Positions 35,052-43,892 of a stretch of DNA of 64,000 bases are shown here, one piece after another. Position 1 is the first letter of the stretch, and each line of letters opens with the position of its first letter. The translations under genes were made by a program, and so were the position numbers. Origin of the DNA: Bacteroidaceae bacterium (GTDB lineage Bacteria; Bacteroidota; Bacteroidia; Bacteroidales; Bacteroidaceae); assembly GCA_045629085.1 (NCBI GenBank), contig JAZQQO010000034.1, positions 20,983-84,982 of the forward strand, written 5' to 3'. The notes under the pieces were generated by a model, which worked only from the letters and a program-made list of their open reading frames with translations, searched no databases and had not been told where the DNA came from.

Positions 35052-36425
35052 TTATTTGGTGGCGCCACCGAGAGCCACATAGAAAGCAATAATGGCTTGC
35101 GAACCCTCATAAAGATTCATAGCCTCATTGAGTTGTGCCTGAAGTAAAGCCTCTTGGGCTGTAAGGACTTCTATGTACGTAGCCTTACCGTTATTCATAA
35201 GTTCATGAGTACCTTCGTATGCATCTTGCAACACCATAACTTGACGTTTGTACAAAGCATCCTTCTCCACAGAAGCTTGGCACAGAGTCATGGCCTCATT
35301 CACCTCATTACCTGCATTAATAACAGTCTGCACGTACTTATTGGCAACATCCTGCTGTGTGAGTTGGCTGATTTTGAGATTAGCTCGCAGTTTACCACGG
35401 GCAAAGACAGGCTGCGTCAGCGAAGCAACTGCGTTCCACAGTAGTTTGCCTGGATCAACAATACCCCCATTATTGGTCCACCCTACCAATCCACTGAGAG
35501 AAAGAGATGGATAGAATGCAGCACGGGCAGCATTGGTGTTGTAATATGCTGCTTCCATGGCACGCTCTGCAGCCTTTACGTCGCTACGGTTTGTGAGCAA
35601 CAGAGCGGGAACACCCGTTCCCAGGCGTTGAGGCAACTGATAACTGCCCCACTTACTACGCTCTATATGCTGGGGTGCCACAGTCAACAGACGGCATAGC
35701 GAGAGTTCAACCGAACGGATATTGGCTTGCACATCCACAATTTGTGTCTTCACACTAAGATAGGAAGCCTCCATTTGGTTGACTGCAGTCGAATATGCCT
35801 TTCCAAACTCCATCAGGGCTTTCTGCATTTCAAGCGATGCAGCCCATAACTTTTCTGTAGAAAGCAATATATCTAACTGACGATCATAGATTTGCAATCT
35901 ATTGTATAACTGAGCCACGTTCGCTATAAGATTAGCGCGAGTGGCCTCTTCCATATTCTTCGTCTGCTCCAACACCGCTGCAGCCTTGCGCTTTTGGTTG
36001 GTCAGAGAACCAAACACATCGAGTTGCCAATCGATCTGCAAGGGGATGCTATAGGTCTTTGTCACTGGACTCCCATCAAAACTTGACAAACCACCATTGG
36101 GAGCAAAAACCAACGAAGGCCAATAGGCCAACTTGGATGTCTTGAGCGCCACCTGTGCCTGCTCTATAGCCAATTGAGCAGACTTGAGATCGGTATTGCG
36201 GACTAAAGCCGATTCAATAAGCTGTTGCAGCATGGGGTCCGTGAACAACTCACGCCATGACAGTTCTGCAAGGGATGACTTCGCAGCAGCATCAGCCATC
36301 ATCTTTTCCGTGCCGAACACCTCAGCAGGCACTTCAGCCGTCTTCTCATATTTTTTGTAAAGTCCGCAACTGTGGAGGCAGAGAAGCGCCATGCCCATTG
36401 CGGCTAGCTTTATTGTATGTTTCAT
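35052..36425 (-). CDS. RND efflux outer-membrane factor (TolC/NodT-family lipoprotein)
   Basis: 457 aa with lipoprotein signal (LLCLHSCG) and a two-repeat helical OEP layout. It is the last gene of the MFP-RND-OMF operon. Confidence 0.85.
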   Translation of the reverse strand: MKHTIKLAAMGMALLCLHSCGLYKKYEKTAEVPAEVFGTEKMMADAAAKSSLAELSWRELFTDPMLQQLIESALVRNTDLKSAQLAIEQAQVALKTSKLAYWPSLVFAPNGGLSSFDGSPVTKTYSIPLQIDWQLDVFGSLTNQKRKAAAVLEQTKNMEEATRANLIANVAQLYNRLQIYDRQLDILLSTEKLWAASLEMQKALMEFGKAYSTAVNQMEASYLSVKTQIVDVQANIRSVELSLCRLLTVAPQHIERSKWGSYQLPQRLGTGVPALLLTNRSDVKAAERAMEAAYYNTNAARAAFYPSLSLSGLVGWTNNGGIVDPGKLLWNAVASLTQPVFARGKLRANLKISQLTQQDVANKYVQTVINAGNEVNEAMTLCQASVEKDALYKRQVMVLQDAYEGTHELMNNGKATYIEVLTAQEALLQAQLNEAMNLYEGSQAIIAFYVALGGATK

Positions 36426-36439
36426 TTTCTTTTCTTCGT

Positions 36440-39400
36440 TTATTCGTTTTCTTCCTCTTCCTTCTCTTCTTCTCCTTTTCCTTGCACCTTCTCATGCAGC
36501 GTCTGGAAGACGATGAAGAATGCCGGCACCACATAGAGCAGTGCGACCGTACCCACAGCCATACCACCCGTCACACCGAGCGCAAGGGCACGATTACCGT
36601 TGGCACCTGCACCGCCACCGATGATGAGGGGAATCATACCAATAATCATCGTGGCAACAGTCATCAGGATAGGACGCAAACGCTCCTCGCACGCCTGATA
36701 GGCAGCATCGCGGATGCTGAGTCCCTGCTTACGGCGTTCGGCAGCAAACTCCGTGATGAGGATGGCCGTCTTGGCCAACAGACCGATAAGCATGATGACA
36801 CCCGTCTGCAGATAGATGTTGTTCTCCATGCCGGGCAAGCCTATCAGGCTTCCGACGTATGAGAAACCGAACGAGCCCATCAATCCAAATGGAACGGACA
36901 GCAATACGGCAAAAGGTACAAACCAGGAATCGTAGAGCGAACCGAGAATCAAGTAGATAAGGATAATGCAGACAAGATAGATGAGTCCCGTCATGTTACT
37001 GTTGGAACTCTCCTCCAACTCACGCGACATGCCTCCGTACTCAAAAGTGTAGCTTGCGGGCATTATCTCCTTGAACACCTCTGCAATGGCCTTATGAGCC
37101 TGTCCTTCAGAATAGCCGCCAGCCGTATTGACGTAGCACGAAATACTTTGGAAAAGGTTAAAACGGCTAAGCGAAGCTGATCCCACAATCTCCTTCAGCG
37201 TTACGAACTGTGAGGCGGGAGCCATCTTGTCGTCGTTCAACTTTATAAAGATGTTATTGAGCGATGAGGGATCAAGACGATAATCGGGAGCCGCATTGGC
37301 CATGATACGGTATACCTTACCATACTGGTTGAAGTTACCAATGTAGGCACCACCACAATAGGCTCCAATCGTATTGAGCACCACATCGGGCGACACACCT
37401 GCACGGTCACACTGCACAGCATCTACTTCGATGCTGTATTTGGGATAGCGCTCGGAATAGGATGATGAAGCATCGCTAATCTCAGGACGCTCAGCCAACT
37501 TAGCCAAGAAATTCTCTGTGAGTTGGCTGAAGGTGGACATATCACCCGCTGTGGGATCCTGCACCACAAGGTCGATGCTGTTCGAACTACCATAACCGGG
37601 AATCTGGGGCATCTGGAAAGGCAGCACCTGTGCATTCTTGACCTCTAGGCAGTCGAAATAGAAGCGAGCCATGATGAGGTCAATATAGTGGTTGAAGCCA
37701 GGACGGTCGTCCCAGTTCTTCAGACGGATGATCAGCGTACCATAGTTGCTACCTGCTTTCGATATCATACCGTAGCCATTGATCACGGCGTAACTCTCCA
37801 ATTCGGGAATATTCTTCACCTTCTCCTCCACACGCTTGATAATCTCTGCACTCTCATGCAAGGTGGTTCCTTCGGGTGTACGCACCTCACAAAGAATTAC
37901 ACCCTGATCCTCCTGAGGCACAAGACCTGTAGGCATAGCATTCATGAAGAAATACAGTAAAGCACTGGCCAATAGAAGAATGATACCAGAGAGCCAAGGA
38001 CGCTTGATGAAGCGACTTACACTCTTACTGTACTTTTTGAGAATAGCGTTATAACTTGCATTGTAAGCCAACTTGACATAGTAGTTGACGCCCTTACCCT
38101 GCTTGCCTTCCTTGGCAGGTTTCATCATCATGGCACACAAGGCGGGACACAGCGTCAAGGCCGATACGCATGACAGACCTACTGAGCAGGCAATGGTGAT
38201 ACCGAACTGTGTGAAGAAGGCACCCGACGTGCCTGGCATGAACGTTACAGGGATAAACACAGCCATGAACACCAGCGTACAACTGATAACAGCCGTAGTC
38301 ACTTCGCTCATGGCATCGCGCGTAGCCTTGTGCGGGCTCTTATAGCCTGTCTCCAGCTTTCCCATCACAGCCTCCACCACCACAATGGCATCGTCTACCA
38401 CCGTACCGATGGCCAACACCAAGGCGAATAGTGTAAGAATGTTGAGGGAGAATCCTGCCAACTGCACGATGGTGAACGTGCCAAGCAGCGAAACGCAAAT
38501 ACTGATAGAAGGGATAATCGTTGCCTTGAAGCTCTGCAGGAAGAAATATACCACAAGGATAACCAACAGGATAGCCACTACGAGTGTCTCCACCACATTG
38601 TGGATGGCAGCGAAGAGGAAGTCGTTGGATGTCTGGAGCACCTCAAACTCAAGTCCGGCAGGCAACGTGGGTTGCAAATCCTTGTAGAGCTGTTCAATCT
38701 GAGCGTTCACCTCTGTGGCATTGGCACCAGCAGCCTGGTTGATGATGAACATCACACCTGGTGTACCATCGATATTCGAGGAGAAGCTATAGCTGACAGA
38801 ACCGATTTCCACAGTGGCTACATCGCTGAGATGCAACACACCGCCCCCTGACGAACTACGCAGCACAATGTCATTGAATTCCTCCACGCTCTTCAACGTA
38901 CCCTTGTACTCCATGGCATATTGGTAGGCATTCTCCGACTGCTCTCCCAACGAACCTGTGGCAGCCACAAAGCTTTGTCCACCAATGGCTTCGAACACGT
39001 CATTAGGTTCAAGGCCATACTGTGCCATCACGTCGGGTTTCATCCAGATACGCAAGGCGTATGTATTACCAATGAGTGCGATGTTACCCACACCAGTGAT
39101 ACGCATCAACCTTGGTTTAACATTGATGTCGAGATAGTTGGCAATGAAGTCTGCATCAAACTTGCCGTCAGTACTCTTCAGCGAGGCAATCTGCAGAATG
39201 CTGTTCTGCTGCTTCTCAACCGTCACACCGATCTTCGCCACCTCAGCAGGCAGCAAACTCATAGCCTTCGACACACGGTTCTGCACATTCACGGCAGCCA
39301 TGTCGGCATCGGTGCCTTGCTTGAAGTAGACATTGATTGACACATTACCCGTGGCCGTGGCCGTACTGGTGATGTAGGTCATGTCCTGTACGCCATTCAC

Positions 39401-39607
39401 AGCCTCCTCGATGGGCTGTACGACCGACGTCATAATCGTGTTGGCATCCGCACCGGTATAGTCGGTGGTGATGCTCACCATGGGAGGTGCGATATCGGGA
39501 TATTGCTCTACGGGAAGTGTGGAGAGTGAGATGAATCCCACCATCGCAATAACAATGGAAATGGCACATGCCATTACCTTCTTTTTGATAAATATGTTAC
39601 CCTTCAT
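36440..39607 (-). CDS. RND multidrug efflux permease (AcrB/HAE1 family)
   Basis: 1055 aa. It starts MKGNIFIKKKVMACAISIVIAM and has the typical 12-TM layout with two large periplasmic loops. Confidence 0.95.
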   Translation of the reverse strand: MKGNIFIKKKVMACAISIVIAMVGFISLSTLPVEQYPDIAPPMVSITTDYTGADANTIMTSVVQPIEEAVNGVQDMTYITSTATATGNVSINVYFKQGTDADMAAVNVQNRVSKAMSLLPAEVAKIGVTVEKQQNSILQIASLKSTDGKFDADFIANYLDINVKPRLMRITGVGNIALIGNTYALRIWMKPDVMAQYGLEPNDVFEAIGGQSFVAATGSLGEQSENAYQYAMEYKGTLKSVEEFNDIVLRSSSGGGVLHLSDVATVEIGSVSYSFSSNIDGTPGVMFIINQAAGANATEVNAQIEQLYKDLQPTLPAGLEFEVLQTSNDFLFAAIHNVVETLVVAILLVILVVYFFLQSFKATIIPSISICVSLLGTFTIVQLAGFSLNILTLFALVLAIGTVVDDAIVVVEAVMGKLETGYKSPHKATRDAMSEVTTAVISCTLVFMAVFIPVTFMPGTSGAFFTQFGITIACSVGLSCVSALTLCPALCAMMMKPAKEGKQGKGVNYYVKLAYNASYNAILKKYSKSVSRFIKRPWLSGIILLLASALLYFFMNAMPTGLVPQEDQGVILCEVRTPEGTTLHESAEIIKRVEEKVKNIPELESYAVINGYGMISKAGSNYGTLIIRLKNWDDRPGFNHYIDLIMARFYFDCLEVKNAQVLPFQMPQIPGYGSSNSIDLVVQDPTAGDMSTFSQLTENFLAKLAERPEISDASSSYSERYPKYSIEVDAVQCDRAGVSPDVVLNTIGAYCGGAYIGNFNQYGKVYRIMANAAPDYRLDPSSLNNIFIKLNDDKMAPASQFVTLKEIVGSASLSRFNLFQSISCYVNTAGGYSEGQAHKAIAEVFKEIMPASYTFEYGGMSRELEESSNSNMTGLIYLVCIILIYLILGSLYDSWFVPFAVLLSVPFGLMGSFGFSYVGSLIGLPGMENNIYLQTGVIMLIGLLAKTAILITEFAAERRKQGLSIRDAAYQACEERLRPILMTVATMIIGMIPLIIGGGAGANGNRALALGVTGGMAVGTVALLYVVPAFFIVFQTLHEKVQGKGEEEKEEEENE

Positions 39608-39629
39608 CTTAGTGCTCTATATTGTGCAT

Positions 39630-40751
39630 TTATTTCTTTGTCTCTTCCGGGAACAGCACCTTCTGTCCCTCTATCACGTTGTTGGCACCTACGGTCACAA
39701 TCTTGTCGCCAGGCTTGAGTCCCGACGTCACAACAAAGTCCTTGCCCGTTCCGGCATCCACCGTTGTAACGATGGCTCCGACAGCACAGCTGTCAGCACC
39801 CACCTTGTAGACCATAGACTTATCTTGCAGGCGAACCACGGCGCACTGGGGAATCACGATAACATCTTTCACGCCATAAGGCAACACCACCGTGCCCTGA
39901 ACACCCGGCACAAGCAGACCGTTGGGATTGGGGAATGTTGCATCACAGCTCACGGTACCCGTGCTGCTGTTCACCACGCCCGTCACAGTCTTGATGACGC
40001 CCTTATGTTCATACTCCGTTCCGTCCTTCATCAGGAAAGTTACCTCGGGCAAACTCTCGATGTATGCCTTGATGTCATTTCCCTTCTGGTCGGCCAGCAC
40101 CTCTGTCATCTCGGCTTCCGTCACTGAAAAGGTCGCGTTCATCTCTTTGTTGGCACTGATGGTAGCCAATTCTATTCCTGGTGCAATCTGCATACCCTCC
40201 TTGGCAGGGATTGTGCCAACAATACCGCTAATAGGCGACTTGATGGTGTAGTAGCCTAAAGTCACCTGAGCGCGGTTCACTGCCGAACGTGCCTGAGCCA
40301 CAGCAGCCTTGGCTTGGTTGTACGAATTCTCAGCCGTACTGAGCATGTAGCTGCTCACGATATGCTTCTCAAAAAGGTTCTTATTACTCTCATATTCCAA
40401 CTGTGCACTCTTCTCCTGAGCCAATGCTGACTGCAGATTGGCCTGTGCATCTTCCAAATCCAGTCGAGCCTGACGATCGTCGATGATGAAAAGCGTCTGT
40501 CCAGCCTTCACATTCTCGCCCACGTCGATACACTTCCTCATCAACTGTCCGTTGATTTGAGGGGTGATTGTCACATCCGACTTGCCATTCATACGGGCAC
40601 TATACTTCAAAGGAACGGTGATGTCACTTTTCTGTACCACCATAGTCTCGTAAGAAGTTTGCTTCTCCTGCGGCATATCCAAGCCACATGCCGACAGCAT
40701 GGCAGTCACCACGGCCATGCAGCCCATCTTCACATAAGTTGTAGTTTTCAT
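39630..40751 (-). CDS. RND efflux periplasmic adaptor (membrane fusion protein)
   Basis: Start trimmed to MKTTTYVKMGCMAVVTAMLSACG (lipoprotein signal). It has HlyD-like lipoyl, coiled-coil and beta-barrel segments. Confidence 0.85.
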   Translation of the reverse strand: MKTTTYVKMGCMAVVTAMLSACGLDMPQEKQTSYETMVVQKSDITVPLKYSARMNGKSDVTITPQINGQLMRKCIDVGENVKAGQTLFIIDDRQARLDLEDAQANLQSALAQEKSAQLEYESNKNLFEKHIVSSYMLSTAENSYNQAKAAVAQARSAVNRAQVTLGYYTIKSPISGIVGTIPAKEGMQIAPGIELATISANKEMNATFSVTEAEMTEVLADQKGNDIKAYIESLPEVTFLMKDGTEYEHKGVIKTVTGVVNSSTGTVSCDATFPNPNGLLVPGVQGTVVLPYGVKDVIVIPQCAVVRLQDKSMVYKVGADSCAVGAIVTTVDAGTGKDFVVTSGLKPGDKIVTVGANNVIEGQKVLFPEETKK

Positions 40752-40860
40752 TCTCAAAAACACAGATACTCGCATTATTATATTAATTTTACTTATAAAC
40801 ATAAACCCTCATCTCCACAAGTGGAAAGGACCACAAGGAATTCACAATGGTCAATTGTTG

Positions 40861-40868
40861 CAAATTTA
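40861..40868 (-). promoter_or_regulatory. Candidate -7 promoter box (TAAATTTG) for the efflux operon
   Basis: The reverse complement of caaattta matches TAnnTTTG, about 110 nt upstream of the MFP start. Confidence 0.35.
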
Positions 40869-41002
40869 TATATAAAATAGGAAATAAGCAAATAATCAAG
40901 CAATTTTCTGCTTTTTTGAGGCAATGATAAGCAAATAGGCACACCATGTCATTATTTTTAGCACTACGGCACAAAGATTTTCTGTGTAACATTTTTGTTA
41001 AC

Positions 41003-41041
41003 TTTACCGCACACCTTTCCCCTAAGACTGCTAGGAGAGTG
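41003..41041 (-). repeat. Dispersed 38-mer repeat, copy 2 (inverted relative to copy 1)
   Basis: The reverse complement cactctcctagcagtcttaggggaaaggtgtgcggtaaa matches 5425-5461. Confidence 0.7.
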
Positions 41042-41161
41042 ATTTTTCCGCCGATAGCGGAAAAACAAAACCCCGAGCGGCATTCGCACCACAACCGCCA
41101 GGGGAATGCAAACTTGCAAAAAAAGTTTTGGAAACAATATACGATTAGGCACAGAATGGTA

Positions 41162-41272
41162 TTTTGACACAGATTACGCAGATTTCACAGATTATTTCCA
41201 TTTGACACGACTTGACGGATTCTATTTCTGCTAAAATAAAAATCTGTGAAATCTGCGTAATCTGTGTCAAAA
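41162..41272. repeat. Perfect 32 bp inverted repeat with a 47 nt loop
   Basis: Left arm ttttgacacagattacgcagatttcacagatt (41162-41193) is the exact reverse complement of 41241-41272. Each arm contains three ~9 nt sub-repeats (nnCAGATTn). Confidence 0.9.
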
Positions 41273-41492
41273 AGTATATCATTGCCAAAGTTTTTAAAGG
41301 CCAAAAAGGTTTAAGGGTTCCGCTAAACACCACCTACAACACTAATACTCAACAAAATGCGAGCGTCGAACCCCACGTCGAACCCCTCTTTAGGGTTCGA
41401 CAGGATTCGACGGGCATAGTAAACTAATTGTCAACCATTTAGCCTATACGAATCGGAACCCTTGAGCTTTTTTTACGAAAAAAAATATATAT

Positions 41493-41525
41493 AAAAAAAC
41501 TGGCCCCCACTTAGATGGAGGCCAG
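41493..41525 (-). terminator. Rho-independent terminator of fba
   Basis: The minus strand reads CTGGCCTCCATCTAAGTGGGGGCCAG followed by TTTTTTT. Confidence 0.7.
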
Positions 41526-41556
41526 CCATTATATTAAATAATGTATGGGCGCAAGA

Positions 41557-42549
41557 TTAGAGCTTGTCGTTAGAGCCAAGTACGTTAACGATCTTGTGCA
41601 TGTACATCTTCTTCATGTTCTCGCGAGCGGGCTTCAAGTACTGACGAGGATCGAAGTGGCTGGGGTTCTCAGCCATGTACTGACGGATAGCAGCAGTCAT
41701 AGCCAGACGTGAGTCTGAGTCGATGTTGATCTTGCAAACTGCGCTCTCAGAAGCCTTGCGGAGCTGCTCCTCGGGGATACCGATAGCTGCGTCGAGCTTA
41801 CCACCGAACTTGTTGATGGTAGCTACCTCGTCCTGAGGTACTGAAGAAGAACCGTGGAGTACGATGGGGAAACCGGGAAGCTTCTTCTCGATCTCAGCCA
41901 GGATGTCAAATGCCAATGGGGGAGGAACGAGTACGCCGTTAACGAGGGTGCACTGCTCGGGAGTGAACTTGTGAGCACCGTGGCTGGTACCAATAGAGAT
42001 AGCCAGAGAGTCGCAACCAGTCTTGCTGGTGAAGTCGATAACCTCCTCGGGCTTGGTGTAGTGAGACTCAGCAGCAACTACCTCGTCCTCAACACCTGCG
42101 AGCACACCGAGCTCAGCCTCTACGGTTACGTCGTGTGCGTGAGCATACTCAACAACCTTCTTGGTCAGAGCGATGTTCTCCTCGTAGGGAAGGTGAGAAC
42201 CGTCGATCATAACTGAAGAGAAACCATTGTCGATACAGTCCTTGCAGAGCTCGAAGCTGTCACCGTGGTCGAGGTGCAGAACGATCTGAGGATTCTCGCA
42301 ACCGAGCTCCTTAGCATACTCTACAGCACCCTTAGCGAGGTTGCGGAGGATGGTACCGTTAGCATAGTTGCGAGCACCCTTAGATACCTGCATGATAACG
42401 GGAGACTTGGTCTCAACAGCAGCCATAACGATAGCCTGCATCTGCTCCATAGTGTTGAAGTTGAAGGCGGGGATAGCATAGCCGCCAGCAACTGCCTTAG
42501 CGAACATATCACGGGTGTTCACCAAACCCAGTTCTTTGTAACTTACCAT
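41557..42549 (-). CDS. fba: Class II fructose-1,6-bisphosphate aldolase
   Basis: 330 aa with HLDHG, SIGTSHGAHKF and VLHGSSSVP motifs. Confidence 0.95.
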   Translation of the reverse strand: MVSYKELGLVNTRDMFAKAVAGGYAIPAFNFNTMEQMQAIVMAAVETKSPVIMQVSKGARNYANGTILRNLAKGAVEYAKELGCENPQIVLHLDHGDSFELCKDCIDNGFSSVMIDGSHLPYEENIALTKKVVEYAHAHDVTVEAELGVLAGVEDEVVAAESHYTKPEEVIDFTSKTGCDSLAISIGTSHGAHKFTPEQCTLVNGVLVPPPLAFDILAEIEKKLPGFPIVLHGSSSVPQDEVATINKFGGKLDAAIGIPEEQLRKASESAVCKINIDSDSRLAMTAAIRQYMAENPSHFDPRQYLKPARENMKKMYMHKIVNVLGSNDKL

Positions 42550-42638
42550 AGTTTTTTTGAAAATTAATAATTAATAATAAAATTATCTTTTGATTCGAAC
42601 ATTCTTACATTGACTTCGTCGAGCTCTTCGCCCTTCTA

Positions 42639-43712
42639 TCATTTCCTCTCTCTTTCCTTAACCAGATAAATCTGAGTAGGGAAATGGTCGGAGAAACCGT
42701 CCTGCCAGATGCCACTGGCGGTGGTTCGCAGAGGTCCTCCCTTGCCCTTGCCGGTCTTGGTAATCATGTAGTCGGCCATGAAGACATCGTTGCGGAAGAA
42801 CTTAAAGGTGGAACGGTCCTTACCAAGCAGATTACCCGTCATGATGATCTGGTCGAAAAGGTTCCACATGCCATCCCACAGCAACGTACCCTGCCCACGC
42901 TTGCGAAGGGTTTGATACCAAGGGTTATAGAGATCGCCAGGCTGTACTTTCTTCACATTATTCTTTGCGCCAAGCGCCTGAGTGATGGATACGTTATCGG
43001 GATCGTCGTTGAGGTCGCCCATCAGCACAATACGCGCATCGGAATCCTTAGCACGGATGGAGTCGACGATCTCACGTGCCAAGCGCCCCATGAACTCACG
43101 CGACTCGCTACCCGCGCCACGACTGGGCCAATGGTTAACGAGGAAGTGGAAGCGCTCGCCCAGAAGGTTTCCCTCAACATGCAAGATACCACGCGTGATG
43201 TGGCCTCCCGAAAACTCCTCGTAGCCACGAGCAGGAATCAGTTCGCTATTGGAGGGCTTAAACATACGGGGATTGTAGAGACAAGCCACATCGATGCCAC
43301 GCTTGTCTAATCCCTCGTAATGGATGTATTTCAAACCCTTGGCAGCGATGGCGGGATCGGCAATAAGATCATCTAGCACTCGACTGTTCTCCACCTCGCT
43401 AAGACCAATGAAGGCAGCTCCGCCACGCACTCTCTCTGTACAAAGCTGCGAGAGCACGCGTGCCATGTTGTGCACTTTGTGGGTGTACTTCAAGGTATTC
43501 CACTGATAAGAGCCATCGGGCAGAAAGTCGTAGTCGTTCTTGCCGTCATCGTGGATAGTGTCAAAAAGGTTCTCCTGGTTATAGAAAGCGATGCCGCAAT
43601 AGATGGTATCCACTTTGCCCAAAGCAGGAGCATTCTGCGTGTTCAGATTGGCGGAAGCCAAGACCAGGATGACCACCAATGAGACGATGACAGATAAGGT
43701 TTTCTTCAACAT
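42639..43712 (-). CDS. Secreted endonuclease/exonuclease/phosphatase (EEP)-family protein
   Basis: 357 aa with a signal peptide and the EEP motif set NHWPSRG, GDLND and SDHFP. Confidence 0.8.
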   Translation of the reverse strand: MLKKTLSVIVSLVVILVLASANLNTQNAPALGKVDTIYCGIAFYNQENLFDTIHDDGKNDYDFLPDGSYQWNTLKYTHKVHNMARVLSQLCTERVRGGAAFIGLSEVENSRVLDDLIADPAIAAKGLKYIHYEGLDKRGIDVACLYNPRMFKPSNSELIPARGYEEFSGGHITRGILHVEGNLLGERFHFLVNHWPSRGAGSESREFMGRLAREIVDSIRAKDSDARIVLMGDLNDDPDNVSITQALGAKNNVKKVQPGDLYNPWYQTLRKRGQGTLLWDGMWNLFDQIIMTGNLLGKDRSTFKFFRNDVFMADYMITKTGKGKGGPLRTTASGIWQDGFSDHFPTQIYLVKERERK

Positions 43713-43740
43713 ACGGATATGCGTTTACGTATTTACTCTG

Positions 43741-43748
43741 CAAAAGTA
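43741..43748 (-). promoter_or_regulatory. Candidate -7 promoter box (TACTTTTG) for the EEP gene
   Basis: The reverse complement of caaaagta matches TAnnTTTG, 29 nt upstream of the ATG at 43712. Confidence 0.45.
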
Positions 43749-43854
43749 CGATATTAATTCGGTTTAGGCAACCGTTTTACTTTATTTTTTATAAAGAATA
43801 TGCGCGCAAGCGTAATTTTTCACCAATTCAAAGACATTTCTCAATACTTTTTAG

Positions 43855-43862
43855 TAAATTTG
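43855..43862 (+). promoter_or_regulatory. Candidate -7 promoter box (TAAATTTG) for the receptor operon
   Basis: Matches TAnnTTTG, 31 nt upstream of the ATG at 43893. Confidence 0.45.
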
Positions 43863-43892
43863 CACATTAATTTCAACAAAAAAACAACTATC

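Noticed and set aside
36426-36490. Polypyrimidine (plus-strand) tract ttcttttcttcgttt...cttctcttcttctcc between the efflux OMF and RND genes.
   Set aside because: Most of it is simply the coding sequence for the acidic C-terminal tail (GKGEEEKEEEENE) of the RND pump on the minus strand. There is no independent repeat structure.
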